The position numbers and the translations under genes were made by a program. Source: Okamejei kenojei (taxonomy: Eukaryota). From it: a stretch of 64,000 nucleotides of DNA. This document shows, piece after piece, positions 38,020 to 51,667 of the stretch. Within the stretch, counting starts at the first letter, position 1, and each line of letters starts with the position of its first letter. The notes beneath the pieces were generated by a model. The model had not been told where the DNA came from. It searched no databases and saw only the letters and a list, made by a program, of their open reading frames with translations. The DNA lies in assembly GCA_035221665.1 (NCBI GenBank), contig CM069167.1, forward strand, positions 8,494,001 through 8,558,000, read 5' to 3'.

Positions 38020-38300
38020 GCAAAAATCTGCTGGAGTAACTCAACCGATCAGGCATCATCTATGAAGGGAAATGGTCAGTTGACGTTTCAGTTCAAGACC
38101 CTTTTTCAGACTGATGGAGTAGGGGGAATAAAGCTGGAAAAGAAAGGTGTGAGTGTGACAAGTGATGGGTAGGTGAAGGTGAGTGATTGGCAGATTGATG
38201 GAGTGAGTGGCTGGTGAAAAGGAAACAAAATGGTGTCAGAATAGGAACGAGGAGGAGTGAAATGTAAAGCAGGTGGACGGGAATGGGTGAGGGGAAAGAG
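38020..38300 (-). mobile_element. Penelope-derived element, decayed
   Basis: tgctggagtaactcaac...gacgtttcagttcaagaccctttttcagactgat followed by a purine-rich segment. Confidence 0.7.
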
Positions 38301-38574
38301 GGTCATTGCCTTGTTAGTTACATACAAAAGCCAAGGGCACGTTTTAAAGATTTAAATTTTAATGGTGTATCTTGATTCAATTTACATTCTAGTGGTTTTA
38401 TTTTGTAGACAATAAAGGCACACCAATATTTTTTGGGAAGGTCCTCTGAATGTAAGAAATCTGGTTTGCAGATACATTTTCATAACTTAACCTAGTGTAA
38501 TGAAAGAGATGTGTGCAATCTCTACAGTATGTCTAACATGATATCCAAAAGACCATGGTAATGACTAGAATACT

Positions 38575-38890
38575 TAATGTAGTGTAGTCACTGTTATGCA
38601 GGAGGTAACATAAAATCAGGTTTATGTATCGGACGTTCATACAAACAGCATGTGGTTAAGATTGGGCAGTCTGTTCACAAGTGATGATTAATGGTCACTT
38701 GGTCAGAACCCCAGAGGCAACACCTGGTTTTTTTCTAAATGGTATCATGAGATTTCTTGTTTCCACCTTGAGCAGTTTCACATATTGCACTGATAGTTTC
38801 ACTCAGTATTGCATAAGGGTGTCACCCCAGATGTTCATGTTCCAGGCTCTCAGGTGAAACTTATACCAATAAACTGATTCAGAAGCAACA
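38575..38890 (-). mobile_element. Decayed Deu-domain SINE
   Basis: gtgtagtcactgttatgcagg...acaaacagca...cagtattgcataagggtgtcaccccagat resembles the remembered Deu-domain consensus. Confidence 0.45.
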
Positions 38891-41800
38891 ACCCTAGAAT
38901 ATGTCTGAGAAATGTATGTTTAACAGTATATTAGGAATATTTATTTTTGTAGAAAAAATAACCTAATGTAATGGTTGCTTCACTTGACGGACAAGAAATT
39001 TGATATTTTCCTTTGTGTTAAGCTAGGATGGCCAGTACATGAATAATGTCTCAATAGAAAAATAAATTGTTTACCTTTCAGGACCTTAAACTCCAGTCAA
39101 ATTTAGTGGGGTGGACTAGCCAGTGTTAGCACAGCTTTTGCAAAGTTATACGTACTGTTTTCAACGTTCACCCTTTCTTCATTTCATTTTAACATGATAA
39201 AAGATCAGGCAAGAGCACAAAATTAATTGGATCCATTGGATTTTCCAATCTACTTAAAAAATAACAATAAGCTCCGGTCCTTTTCAAATTTCTGGGATTC
39301 TGATAAAATTGTAGGTTTCCATTGGGCAATGTTGTTAAAACAATTACTTCTACAGTATACTTCTCGGCCATCCAACATCCATGGGGAATGAGGCAAGTTG
39401 CCTGTTGCATGAGAATTGGAAAAATGGTGTAAATAATTTGCCAATATTATATTTAATTTCCTTATTCTTTTAAATAACAATGTTTTGCACTGCAGTTCTT
39501 TAAGGTTCCAGGGTATTAATGTAAAGTTCAGAAAAACAAAATCAAAAGATTGCCTGTATTCACCATTACATAAAATGCCAAATCTCCAAAGAGAATGTTG
39601 CCTATGACTGCCTTGTGTAAAATGTAAATAAACTAAAATATCCTTTCACCCTTATTTTGCAAGTTAAAAAAAATTCTGAAATTGCTTAATATTCTTAGAA
39701 ATGCTGACAGTTGCATGAGAATTTGGATGCATAAATATTAGATAAACAAGTTTTATTTTTTACCATCTGACATAAGCTTTAAACTTGAGTGTTGACGACA
39801 TGGAATGTCTCTCTTATGAGTTTTCCATTTTAAGCTCTGTTTCATAATCTGCAGCCTAAACGCTAGTGTAAAGCTCTGTCAGCTTCTGAGGCGATTGGGT
39901 GAAATAGTCTTTTGATGATTGTAAATTATGGTTACAGACTAGGGCCATCCTCCTGGTCTGTTAGCAAATTAGCGGCAGACCTCTGGATTGGTGTGGGACT
40001 ATGGGGGGTGGGAGGGTAAATTAAGATGACATGTTAAAAGAATGTTTGAAGGTGTCTGTATATTCCCAGTTGATTTATTCGAAACTGCCTGCTGCAAATT
40101 TGGATATGTGTTGTGCATTTGTTTCAAAAGCTTCTTCTAGGTGAGTATAGCAGCAGTGTAAACATTCCCAGTGGAGCAAGTCTACCCTAGACTACTTGTG
40201 TCTGAATAAAGTATCGTCCAACTTTGCCTGAACCTCGGGGATGCTGGAAACATAAATGCTTTTTTTGAGGAAAGATTCAGATAGGGAGAGTGGAATGGAT
40301 CATGGCTGCTTTTTCTTTTTCATCTGGTTGAAATTAACCTCTTTGGTTACATTTGCAATAAACTGAGTGGCCCCTTTAATTCAGGTGCATGGACAAAAAT
40401 AGTTATCTTGCAAAAATGCCTTGTATTTAGATCAGAAGCAAATTCTTTATTTACTGAATATGTGGTTTGGATTTGAATCTTTAATTGCCTAAGAAATTGT
40501 AATCAGTTCTTTATTTGAATGTTTCAGCCTCTACACTTCCAGGAACAATTATTAGTCTTGTAAAACCTCTTAAATGAAGATGGCCCAGTGGTGTAGCTAA
40601 TTCTGCATTGTGCTGCGGAGATACTATGATCAAATTGCAGCCCCTGCTGTCATTTACTCTAAACCATTTCCTTGAAGATCAAGAGCATCAAGGAGAAGGC
40701 TCAGAGTAAACGATAGCCCGGCAAACAGAACTCGGCACAGCCAACTAGTAAGAACTTCAAAAAACAGGGCGAAATTTATGTCATTCAAATTTTAATTGAT
40801 GATCGGACAAACCTTTGTTAGAAAGATTTATTTTTAAATACATTTTTTTAAATTAACTTTTCCGATTTTATTTTCTGTGCAAAAAACTAAAAGGATTAAA
40901 GTGGAGTTGCTTGACAGGCTGGTGAGACACGAAGATTGGACCTTTGCAGTCTGTTTGTTCCTGATTAGATTGTCGGGCATTCTGAGTGGGGTGAATTCAC
41001 CAAACATAGTTGCCTCCTCTAAATGCTCAAGGTTACATTCTATTATACAGCATAAATGAGTTACAAGATAGTGGTTACTCTGGACGATATGAGTGTGCAA
41101 GTACTCAGTGTCATTGTGACACTATAAAAATCTGAAATTCCCAGTAGAAAATAGGTCTAAATATGATGAACTTTGAGAAATCCAAAGAAAGAAAATGCTG
41201 CTGTATGATAAATTTAGCATTTTATACTCTTTGGCGAAAGTACTATGAGGTCTAATAAGATAGGTCAAACCCCAACCTCATTGAAAGGCGGAGAGCAATT
41301 GATACAAATTTCTGAAAATGCACTACATTTTCATGATCTAGAACAAATGGGTCTGACTCTTGGTTTTAATAAATTATTGGTGACCTATCAAGTTCTATCC
41401 AGGAATTTTTTGATCATTTAAAAGTTGAATGCATATGCTAATTAGGTGAGATGGTCTGAACTGAATCCATCAAGGCAATATGATCATAAAAAAAATAAGA
41501 TAATCTTTGATTTCTAAAATATAATAGTATTGTAGCATACTTGTGATGCTCCCACTCTGGAAATTTTTGAGTTAAGAAAGCTAAACATTAAATATAATTA
41601 TTCTGGAAACTTGGAAAAAATAATGGGAAGGAATCCTATGATTCATCAGTCATGCAATCTTGCAAGCTTCTTGGTCTGTGATGAGGTTACCATGTGCTAT
41701 AGTTGACTGGTGTTCCTTAAAGTTTGCAGTCAACCTGAATGCTGCCTGGCATTTGCATGCATTATAATTGTCTACTTAGTTCCTTGGTATTTGCAATAGT

Positions 41801-44715
41801 TTACAATTAACCTAATTGTTCTCCGGAGTTTTCTGGGTGCTGCAATTATCGCCAGTGTTCGGGTGATCATAGAGGAAGAGGATTGAACTTTCTAGTGCCT
41901 TTCCCCACAGTGGAAATTTTTGATTCTGCTGTGGGGGGACGTTCATGTTAAATTCTATAATGCGTTGTGTCATTTTTCTTTCCTTTCTTATTTTTCTATG
42001 GATGTACGGAAACCTAATTATTTCTTCTATGTAAAACACTTTGGTTTCAATGTGAGTTGATTTAAACGTGCTATATAAATGAAATGTATTTACTTACTTA
42101 CTAACTTACTAGGAGCCTGCATAGTGCGTTAACTGATTCTATTTCAGGCTGAAACAGCACCTCTCCAGATCATTATCCAGCAACTTGCATTGGAGTACAT
42201 TGACTAGTGCTTTGACAGAATATTGGAATTGGCGAATTTGGACTTTGCCATCCAATTGCCTGTATAATGCAGATTCATTTATGAAAATTACCCACATAAG
42301 TGAAAATATTAGGATGCTAGTCTGAGAGATTATATCCTAGTCTGGATTAATGATCCCAAGTCTATGGGCGCCAGGTCTATTAGAAAGATGTAGCTATATA
42401 TCCCACTCTGCATTATCTGAGGTTTAATGATTATTTTGTAAAGAAACTAAATTCATTCTAGGTGAAATAGTTTGATGGCATGAAAGCCTTCGACTACTAC
42501 CAAACAATTCATAGAGGGCAGCGCCGAGGCCAGGGTGTGACTGCGGCTCTTGTGCTTGTGGCCAATGCATAATGAGGGACCTTACAAGCAAAAGTTAACG
42601 TTTGTTTTAAACTGATTAATACTTTTCTGGGAACAGTGACGATGGTCTTGTGTATGAATATATCAAAGATCTGACGGGGACCATATATTCGGATGAATAT
42701 ATCTCTCGTATTTCTTTTTCATTTCACTTTTTCCAGGTGTTCTTATTAAAGTACATAAATTAGGAATCTTGTGTCCCTGGAAAAAGTATTTGCCGTGGTA
42801 CGTATGAAGCAATTTATTTTGCAGTAAAGTCTATTCTTAATAATGAGTAATTATGATACAGGATTACTGCAATAGCTTGGTTGTAATAGTGGTTTGTCTG
42901 CTGCCACCCACATACTGGTACAAAACGATAAGATTAATAAAGTCTAGAATCTTCGTCAGGGGGAAAGGTAAGGTACATTCAACTAATATTGGCACTAACA
43001 TTTAGAAATAAAAAACTTTTATTACAAAGAAACCAATATCCCTAAAATTGAATTTTGTGCAAAAAGGATTTAGCATTTTAGTAATGAGTGTTCCAGACAT
43101 CTTGGAAGTGAATACTGCAGCAGTGGAAAGTTCTGCATGACGCATGCTGAAATGTGTTTTTCATTAGTGACTGCCTTTGGCAAATGCTGTGAATTTCTTT
43201 AGTGTTACTGATGGAGTTTTTTATTTAGTTAACTCCATATGCACCAAATGTTTTATTTTCACTTTGATTTCTGTGAAATGTAAGAACATTAAACCATATT
43301 TCTTTAATTTTCAGAGAATTATGGCATCAATTAAGTTGAAACTGTCCCAATTAAGTTAAAATTCCAGTGAGTGAGTTTCAGCTGACCATTGGAATTATCA
43401 CTTTGGAATCTCCTGAGATGGAAATCGGCACCAGTAACCACCTACCAACCGAGATTAAGTTGTATGGATAGTAATGCTTGGAACTAAATACAGATACTGC
43501 TTGTTCACTCCAATATATTAATAGGAAAACATCACTGCAATACAAATAAACAACACAAGATATTTAAAGCGTATTTGACGCATTAACTCCAAATGATATT
43601 CAAATTTGATTTCAATTTCAATTGTAAATATGATATTTTTCTCTCCCACTGTGCCTTAATGAGCAAGTCCTATGCCTTGCGTGGCACAAAGCTCTCAGCT
43701 ACCATATTTCTACCCCTCCCCCACCAACCAATCAAGGCAGTTAATTTAAGATGGCCAATAGTTAAATTGCTCCAAGTACCCTGAAGTCTAAAAAGCCAGA
43801 TGACCATCCAGATGACCATTATATTAGAAGTGAATTGTGAATGCTAATAAAATTTCTGCATTGCTCATTTATTGAGTACCTGTCACTTGTACTGTTCAGA
43901 TATTCACTCTCTGAAAAGCAACACATTTATTATTAATATTTACATTAAGTGTTGTGGATGGCAATATTAAAATAATTTCAAGGCCTTGTTCCTTTGTAAT
44001 ATCTGTAAATGGAAATGATCTCTACATTTTGCTGCTAAATTTAATATTTATATTGCGCTAGGTAAATATAGAGTAGGTTTCTGAAGATCTACACATAAAT
44101 GCAGGCAGATGATGATAAGAAATGCTGTGAATCTATTTTTCAAAATTGAAATGGTTATGTTGTGATTTGACATCAGAACTCTGCTATGCATCAGTATGCA
44201 TCTGTCACGATGCTGCTTCTGTTAAACTGCTCACCACATTTAGTCGTCTGGAGGGAAACCGGGTAATCCGGTGGCAAAAGGGCAGAGTCTCTGGTCTGCA
44301 CCACATTGAACTGCTGACTTTCAGGATTTGAGTTGTCAACCTATTTATAAAAGGTTGTATTTGTGTAGCTTTTCTCACATTTGGGATGGAACGTTGGGGC
44401 AGTGCAGTTGGGTGAGATAATTGCTCACCGAAATAGTAAGTAGAATAAGGGAAAAAAAGAGTTGCAATTTATACAGTATAGTACCTTTCAACTTCACCAA
44501 CTTTTTCCACAGTCAATGAATTACCAGGACACCTGTTTAACACTCCCCTCAAACCAGTAAATTAGATAATTAACTCATTTTGATTTTCTTTGCTGAGAAA
44601 TATTTCCAAATAGGATATGAAGAAATAATGCGTGAATGACAATAGTTTGAACATTAGAACATTTTCTACATTTTTTAATAAAAATAGCAGGCCTGCTCTG
44701 TTTTCAAGTTACGTC

Positions 44716-45008
44716 GGCACAGTGGTGCAGCTGTTAGAGCTGCAGACTCGCAGCGCCAGGGATCTGGGTTCGATCCTGAGGTTAGATGCTGCCTATGTAG
44801 AGTTTCCGCATTCTTGCTGTGACCGTGTGGATTTCCTTTCGCATCCCAGAGACATGTGGTTTTGTGGATTAATTGCTCTCTAAATTGCCCCTGATATGTA
44901 GGTAATGGATTTGAAAGTGGGATAATATAGCATAAATGTGAACAGGTGATTGATGATAAGCCTGAACAGTGGGCCTAAGGACATGTTTCCGTGCTATACC
45001 TCTAAATT
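44716..45008 (+). mobile_element. tRNA-derived SINE with CR1-like tail
   Basis: A-box-like tggtgcagctgttagagc and B-box ggttcgatcc; tail gggcctaaggacatgtttccgtgctatacctctaaa. Confidence 0.8.
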
Positions 45009-45065
45009 CTAAGTAAGGGGGCAATTCCTTCCCGCAAAAGTGAAAAAAGTACAATTTTAATAAAG

Positions 45066-45159
45066 ATAGACGCAAAATGTTCGAGTAACTCAGCAGATCA
45101 AGCAGCATCTCTGGAGAAACGAAATAAGTGACTTTTCAGATCGAGACCCTTCTGCTTAC
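45066..45159 (-). mobile_element. Short Penelope-derived insertion with 15-bp TSD
   Basis: acaattttaataaag at 45051-45065 and 45160-45174. Confidence 0.85.
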
Positions 45160-45829
45160 ACAATTTTAATAAAGTTCTACTTAAAATTCAATATGACTAA
45201 TAAGAAAGAATGCATTCTGCCTTGACTCCAGTAAATTAAGCGCACAAACTAGCAAATGAGAGCTGATAATTACACTGGGAAAGATGAATGCAGGGAGGGT
45301 ACATAAATGCTGGCTTTTTGCAGTTCTATATATAACTCTCTTCCAATATTGGACATGTGAATTTGGCTAAAATTAGTTTGTGGATGATATCATGAAATAC
45401 ACTTTTACGATGAACTTATCAGTCATTATTTTTGGAGGAGTGTACTTTTCATAAATCTGATTATGTAGAGCTGCTCCGTATTTTTTTTGTGCAGCTTTAT
45501 AAGCTTAACATGGCTACGATTTTGGCATGGCATTCTTTGTGTCAAGTTGCGTTCATTTCCATCTTTCTCCTCAGGACACTGAGGGAGAAAGAGAATTGAT
45601 CTCTCATTTAGGATGACTGCTAATTATAATGTTAAAGTTGAATGGAGTTTGGAAACATCACTCACTTCTCTGGCTGTCTATTACTATTTTTTCCCTTTTA
45701 ATTACTGGTCGGAATCTCATAATTTGCTGCCACCAGAGACAGAAATTAATACAGGTAAAGCCCCACAAAAGTAAGCCACGATGGTATTGACACCAAAAGA
45801 GACTTGGTGTAAACCCAAAAAAAAACTTT

Positions 45830-46117
45830 TTCAAGATGGTGGCGCGACCGACGTTTGCAGCGGCCTCTCCCAATGAAAGTTTGGTGATTTTGCGGGTTTT
45901 TGGAGCGAGTGGTGTGTATGAAGAGTGTGTGTCGGAAGAGTGTGTGTGTGTGTGTGTGCGTAAGTATATGTATTTTTATTTTTATTTCTATTTATTTTTT
46001 ACCGCACACTGAATGGACACTGGTTGAGCAACGTTTTTTTGTTTCCTCTGGGTATGTAAGTACTCAGGAAAAATGATAATAAAGATATACAATACAATAA
46101 ATACAATACAATACAAT
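45830..46117 (+). mobile_element. Short retroposon ending in (atacA)n, containing a (TG)n tract
   Basis: Starts aagatggtggcgcg and ends aataaagatatacaatacaata... A similar tail lies on the minus strand at ~21402-21480. Confidence 0.55.
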
Positions 46118-46184
46118 AGGTTATAGTACATTTCTCTATTTATCTTGGGGATTGCACTATAACAAGTGACAGATTTATAATGTG

Positions 46185-46365
46185 CATAACTCAGCAGGTC
46201 AGGCAGAGAACGTGGACTGGTGACATTTGGAGTCGGGTCCCTTCTTCAAACTCTTTCCCGACCCGAAAGGTTGCCCATCCACGCTTACCAGAGATGTTGC
46301 CTGACCTGCTCAGTTACTCCAGCATTTTCTTTCTTTGGTAAACCAGCATCTGCAGTTCCTTGTTA
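46185..46365. mobile_element. Penelope-derived inverted short element
   Basis: taactcagcaggtcaggca pairs with tgcctgacctgctcagtta. Confidence 0.75.
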
Positions 46366-47939
46366 TTATACTTAACTGTCCTCTAATCACTGCATTTTCT
46401 TAAAGTTGCCCTGTTTTTAATAGTGAAAATTGTAGCTATTTTTCCTCTGCCCCTTAAATCAAGTGTTTAATGAGAAATTTGATTTTGTTTGTTGTCCTAA
46501 CTGAGTCACAGCCTGCCCCACCTCCAATTAGGTGGTTGATGCTATTCTTTAATGTTGTGTGTAACTTGCAGTGCCCCTATTTGTAGCCCAGCCACAAAAT
46601 GTTTTACAGCTTTGTGAGCTTGGTTAAATTGGTAGCTGCTTAATCCAACAATGGTGTATATTCCTTGTTTTTACTAGTTAAACATTTCTCAATCCATACT
46701 AGCATATTATTCAGAATCCCATGTTCTTGAATTTTGGACACTAAATTCTATAGTCATTTAACAATGACCTTCTAAAAGTCCAAATATACAATGGGCACTG
46801 TTTAAAAAGCTCAAAGATTTGTCCAATATGATTCCGTGAAACCTAGTTAACTACTCCCTATCCTATTAATGTTTTCAGTATACCATGAATCCACTGCATA
46901 ATAATTCCTACTGTTTTCCCCACGACAGACGACTTGCTCCCTCCTTAAGTAGTGGGGGTTACATATACCACTTTGCAATCTGTGGGGACGTTCAGAATAA
47001 ATGTGACTTTGGACGATGACAGCCACTGCATCCACTATCTCCATAGTATCCAACTTCAGATATGCGTCATCATCTCCTAGGGATTTATTGGCTTACAGTC
47101 CTGCTAGTTTTACTACAAATCTTTGCTGTTACAAATGTGACTGGACAACACTTTAAACATACATTGTTTGGCAGAATGGATGTGCCCGTTGCTGCAGGGC
47201 TATAGGCATTTTCTGCTTGGTGGGAACGAGGCATTTCCGCATGCCTTCTCTTCCCATCACCCATTGACCCAAGCTACAATAATTGGGGGTTGGATAGAGC
47301 CAACCAGAGCTGAGAGTGTTGAGGAGCTTCACTCACGAGTCAATGAGGCACCTACTCATTCTCCTGTACCTGCTGTCTCTATGATCTTTTCTTATTGAAT
47401 AGTTTTGTCCAGTTCCATCTTTAAAAAAAAAAAAATAGGAACCGTTCATAAGTGATAGGAGCAGAATTAGGCCATTCAGTCCATCAAGTTTACTCCGCCA
47501 TTCAATCATGGCTGATCTATCTCTCCCTCCTAACCCCTTTCTCCCCATAACCCCTGACACCCGAACTAATCAGGAAAGGAACCATGATGTAATCTGATGA
47601 TTGCCTATATTGCTCATTTCTTTCAGCTTCCCATTGACTCCAGTCGAGTTGGCCACTATTTGTAAGAGATTCCGCCTTCTGTGAAAGCAAAGACAAAATA
47701 TTTATTTAATTTCTCTTTAATTTCCTTATTTTGCAATATTTTCATTTCCAACTCAATCTGTAGATCTATGTTGATTTTTTCATTTAACATTGAGATATGT
47801 TAATTGAGATTATGTTTCTTGATTTTTTTGTTTTATTTTTGTTAGTCTTTGAATTTTTTAATTTCTCATTCATTAAATGATGTAAATGTTCTAGTGCATG
47901 CATTAAAGTTAGCAGCTAGATCAAATAACTAGTAAGGAA

Positions 47940-48530
47940 GACAAACAGCATGTTGGGCTTTTTTGCAGAGAGGTTGAAGTTTAAGAATAGGGAGGTTTTG
48001 TTACATTCGTGTAGGCAATGGTGAGGGTACACCTTAAATACTGCATTCAATTTTAGTCTCATTACCTAAAAAAAGTTACAGAGCAGGATTGGAGGTAGTT
48101 CAAAATAAATTCACTAATTCCTGGGATGAGACCATTGTCAATCAAGACTGGCTAGACTGTCAGGTTTGTAATCCTTGGAGTTTAGAAGAATGAGGGATGA
48201 CTTTATTCAAACGTTTAAGATCCTCGGGGGCTTTGGCAGGGCATATGTTGAGATATTTACATTACTGGGGGAGTCATGAGCAAGCTACAACCTAAGGAGT
48301 CAGTAATCTTAAACTACGGTGCATAGAAATTTATTCTCTGCATTTCTTTGCCCCAAGGGTGAAGGAGACCTAATCATTGGATATTTAAGGTAGAAATAGA
48401 TAAAATTGAAATTATGGAGAACTGGCACAGAAAAGGAATAGAGGACTTCATAGATCAATGCTAGTCATTTAGGATGGTGGGCCAGATTTAAGCGAGAAAG
48501 TGGCCTATTCTTGCTCCTATTTTCTTGTGT
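47940..48530 (+). mobile_element. Old CR1 3' region
   Basis: ttggagtttagaagaatgagggatgactttattcaaacgtttaagat and tail gtggcctattcttgctcctattttcttgtg. Confidence 0.8.
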
Positions 48531-51415
48531 ACTTTTTGCCAACATCCTTTTGTTTTAATACTATTTTCATCTTCCTTTGTTGGTCATGGGTTGTTGGTGA
48601 CAAGAAGAATGAAAAATCTAAGTTATGAACAGTAAGGAAATAAGGTTGAATATCCTTTTTTTAAGTGGAAAAGATTAAATAAAGTAAAATTCTAAGAAAT
48701 GTCTCAAACATGAGCTGTTACAAAGACAAATAGTAAAGTGTTTAATAAATACCAGGTAAAATGGAAGGATGAAACTTAGAGGTAATTAGGAATAAAAAGG
48801 CAATCTAATTGAAGGATAAGCTTATTGGATAATCGTGTAATGGAGAATACTAGTAGGGAAGAAGAAGATCAATAAAAGAAAAAAGTAGAATAATGTAGTT
48901 GTGGATAAAAATAGGGTGTGTAAAACTAGTGAAACTATAGGTGGAAATGTCATCAAATCCTGATGGTTACTCTTTAAAATGAGAGAAGTGAGACGTCTTA
49001 GCTGCAATCATAATTTTTGTCAGTGAGTAGTATCCAGAGACTCAAAGACTGCCAATGTACAACACCTGTTCATAAGGTTACGGCAGACCAGACAGCCCAT
49101 TAGTCATAATATAGATAACAAATTATGATCTTGTCGGTCTTTCGTTTTAATTCATTTTTATTGCACCTCGTCTATAATATTTTATAATAAGTTCTGCCTG
49201 GAGTACAGTAGCTGAGGCCAAAATAATAATTTGCATCCATGTCTATGAGTAAAACCCCATAAGTTCCTTTTTTTTACTATTGCATAAATGTATCCCTACC
49301 TTAAGATTCAGGAATTTCTGTTTTTGGATCACCCTGTTGCTTTTTTTGAGAGTACATAATTTCACTGTTATTTATCCCAAATTGTTATACTTTAGTTCTC
49401 TCTACATTGAACAAATACTTCATAATTTTATTTATAACATTCATATCCTCTATTTTCTTTTATTTCACCAATAACTTCAGTTAAATTATATATGCTGACT
49501 TCTTTTTCCATCTAAGCTGATTATTCCTTGGTTTTCTAACCATTCAATGCTTTCAAGCTGTATTATGGATGAACACTGTTTACTCACTGAGGTCTGCCAA
49601 ATGTGAGCAGACTTTTTCCTTTAGAGAATATTCAGTTGCATTCTCACATTGGAAGAACTATCCAATATGAAAAAAAACGTTGATGTTAAATTGTTCTGGC
49701 TTATAGACATATGTCACATGATCGATGATGAATTGTATTATAGCTAATAAAATGCAATATTTCAGTACCAGTCTTTGTTCTTGCATCTGACTTAGTGGGG
49801 GTGGGATGGAAACGATGGAGGTGGAATACTAATGACCTCTTCACTGACAGTTACAATTTGTTGAATTGTATGCCCACCTACAATCCATGACAGACCTGTG
49901 TATTTTCATATTTTCCTCCTGAAACACACAATTTAGTAGTAGACACATGAGATTATTTTAACGAGGGTCATTGAAAATTCTGTCCTCAAGTTAGCTTTTT
50001 ACATATTAGTGATTTTATTTTGTTGTCTTACGTGAAGTGAAAGCATTGTTTTTCAACCTCGCTGCCCGACCTTTCAGTTCTTCAGTGATCCAGCCCAAGT
50101 CCATATTCAAGGTTTATTTTGACAAACTGGCAGTAATATTACATTGTTTGATCTTATATTTGTCTGGCCATGCCATCAGATACGTATTTAAAAACAAAAT
50201 TTATGGAGAGAAAATTTACTAGGTTTTTGTTGATTCAGGCTGGAAATTGAACTTCACACAGTCACGTTGTTGCCACTTCATGGCTGCCTTGGCCCAGTGT
50301 TCTCTACTCTTCAGTCATGCTCTGCTCCTTCCCCAATTTTGGATCCACATGGATTAATGCGCTGTGAATCTTAGACTCGTACAACATAAAGACAGGCTAC
50401 AGAATCCATGCCAGCCATCTTGAATCGTATATCATACGAGAGTGATGAGAGAGCATAATATTTTTACCATTGCCACATGTCAAATATAGGAAACTTCTGG
50501 AAAATGTTGCGTAATTTTTCAGCTGTTAGTCATCAGGAAATTGATTAATATTTGCAGGGATCCAACACAGTAATGTTCAAAAACCAATGCTTTGTCGCAC
50601 ATTTTCCATGAAAATATTGTACTCTTGTATGCTATTATTCCATAGGTATTGGTCATTCAGGCTGATATGATACTGGAATTTCAAAGACATTAATGAGCAA
50701 TGAGGCTGGTGAACTCCAGTCTCCTACATTGCTTTGTACATCTCTAATGCATGCAAGTTGAGTATAATCAAAGGGACATTATTAAGAGCAGCATTCATGT
50801 ATCTGTCAATCTGAAATGCATGCCAGACAGTTGAATGATTCTTTTGCCATTTCTTCTTCTACTTTTCAAAACCAGAGACTTGAAAATGGATTGATTTTCA
50901 AAGTTAGTTTTTAGTCCCATAAAAGGTGCTCTATTATATTGTCAATATAAATCTTTGGATTATCTTCTAAATCCATAGAAAATACTCAGGATGCAATGTT
51001 TGACAGCATTTAGAAGTCATTCAGAAACCAGGTTAAGGTTTCTAAGGCTTAATTACTAATGTCCTCTTGGCGTAATCATGTAAATTCCCTTCTTAGATTT
51101 AGCAGGACTTTAGTATTTCTGATATTTTCCAGTGGCAATGTAGATGGTCAGAATTTGCAGTTTTTGCCCTTGGCTTTACAGGGAACTTCATTATTTCTAA
51201 TATTTCAATTTTTTTCTTTAAAAAAAAATCAGTTCTTATAAATGAGCAGACATAATGCTGCAGATATCTAGAGGGAACAAATCTTGCAGAATTGTTGTTA
51301 ATGTCTTGAATGTGTTCATATCAGTCAGGTCATTGAATGCTTCACATTTATGCCCTGTCCAAGTATGTCATAAGAAACGTTCCTCAAATGTCATTTTTCA
51401 TTCATCTTTCTTCAG

Positions 51416-51667
51416 GGTAGCCAGGAGCCAGCAGCCACCCCAGACGCTATGGTACAGCCGTACGCTACAGTTCCATTCCCTGCCCCCCCTCCTCCTCCTC
51501 CTCCACAGAATGGAATTCCAACAGAATACACTGTTCCACACACTCAGGACTACACAGGTCAGACGCCAGTCCCAGATCATAGTCTGAACATCTACGCATC
51601 CAGTCAGACCCTTGGGGAACAGAGTGGCACAATTGCCAATGTGCAGCCTGTATCTGGAACCGCCACA
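51416..51667 (+). CDS. RBFOX2: RBFOX2 N-terminal Pro/Gln-rich exon (84 codons)
   Basis: Acceptor ttcatctttcttcag| and donor ACA|gtaagt. Translates [49 protein letters not shown]...VSGTAT. The motifs [16 protein letters not shown] and VPHTQDY are RBFOX2-type. Confidence 0.95.

Noticed and set aside
43796-43819. 12-bp tandem duplication ccagatgaccat
   Set aside because: Ordinary slippage duplication with no further structure.
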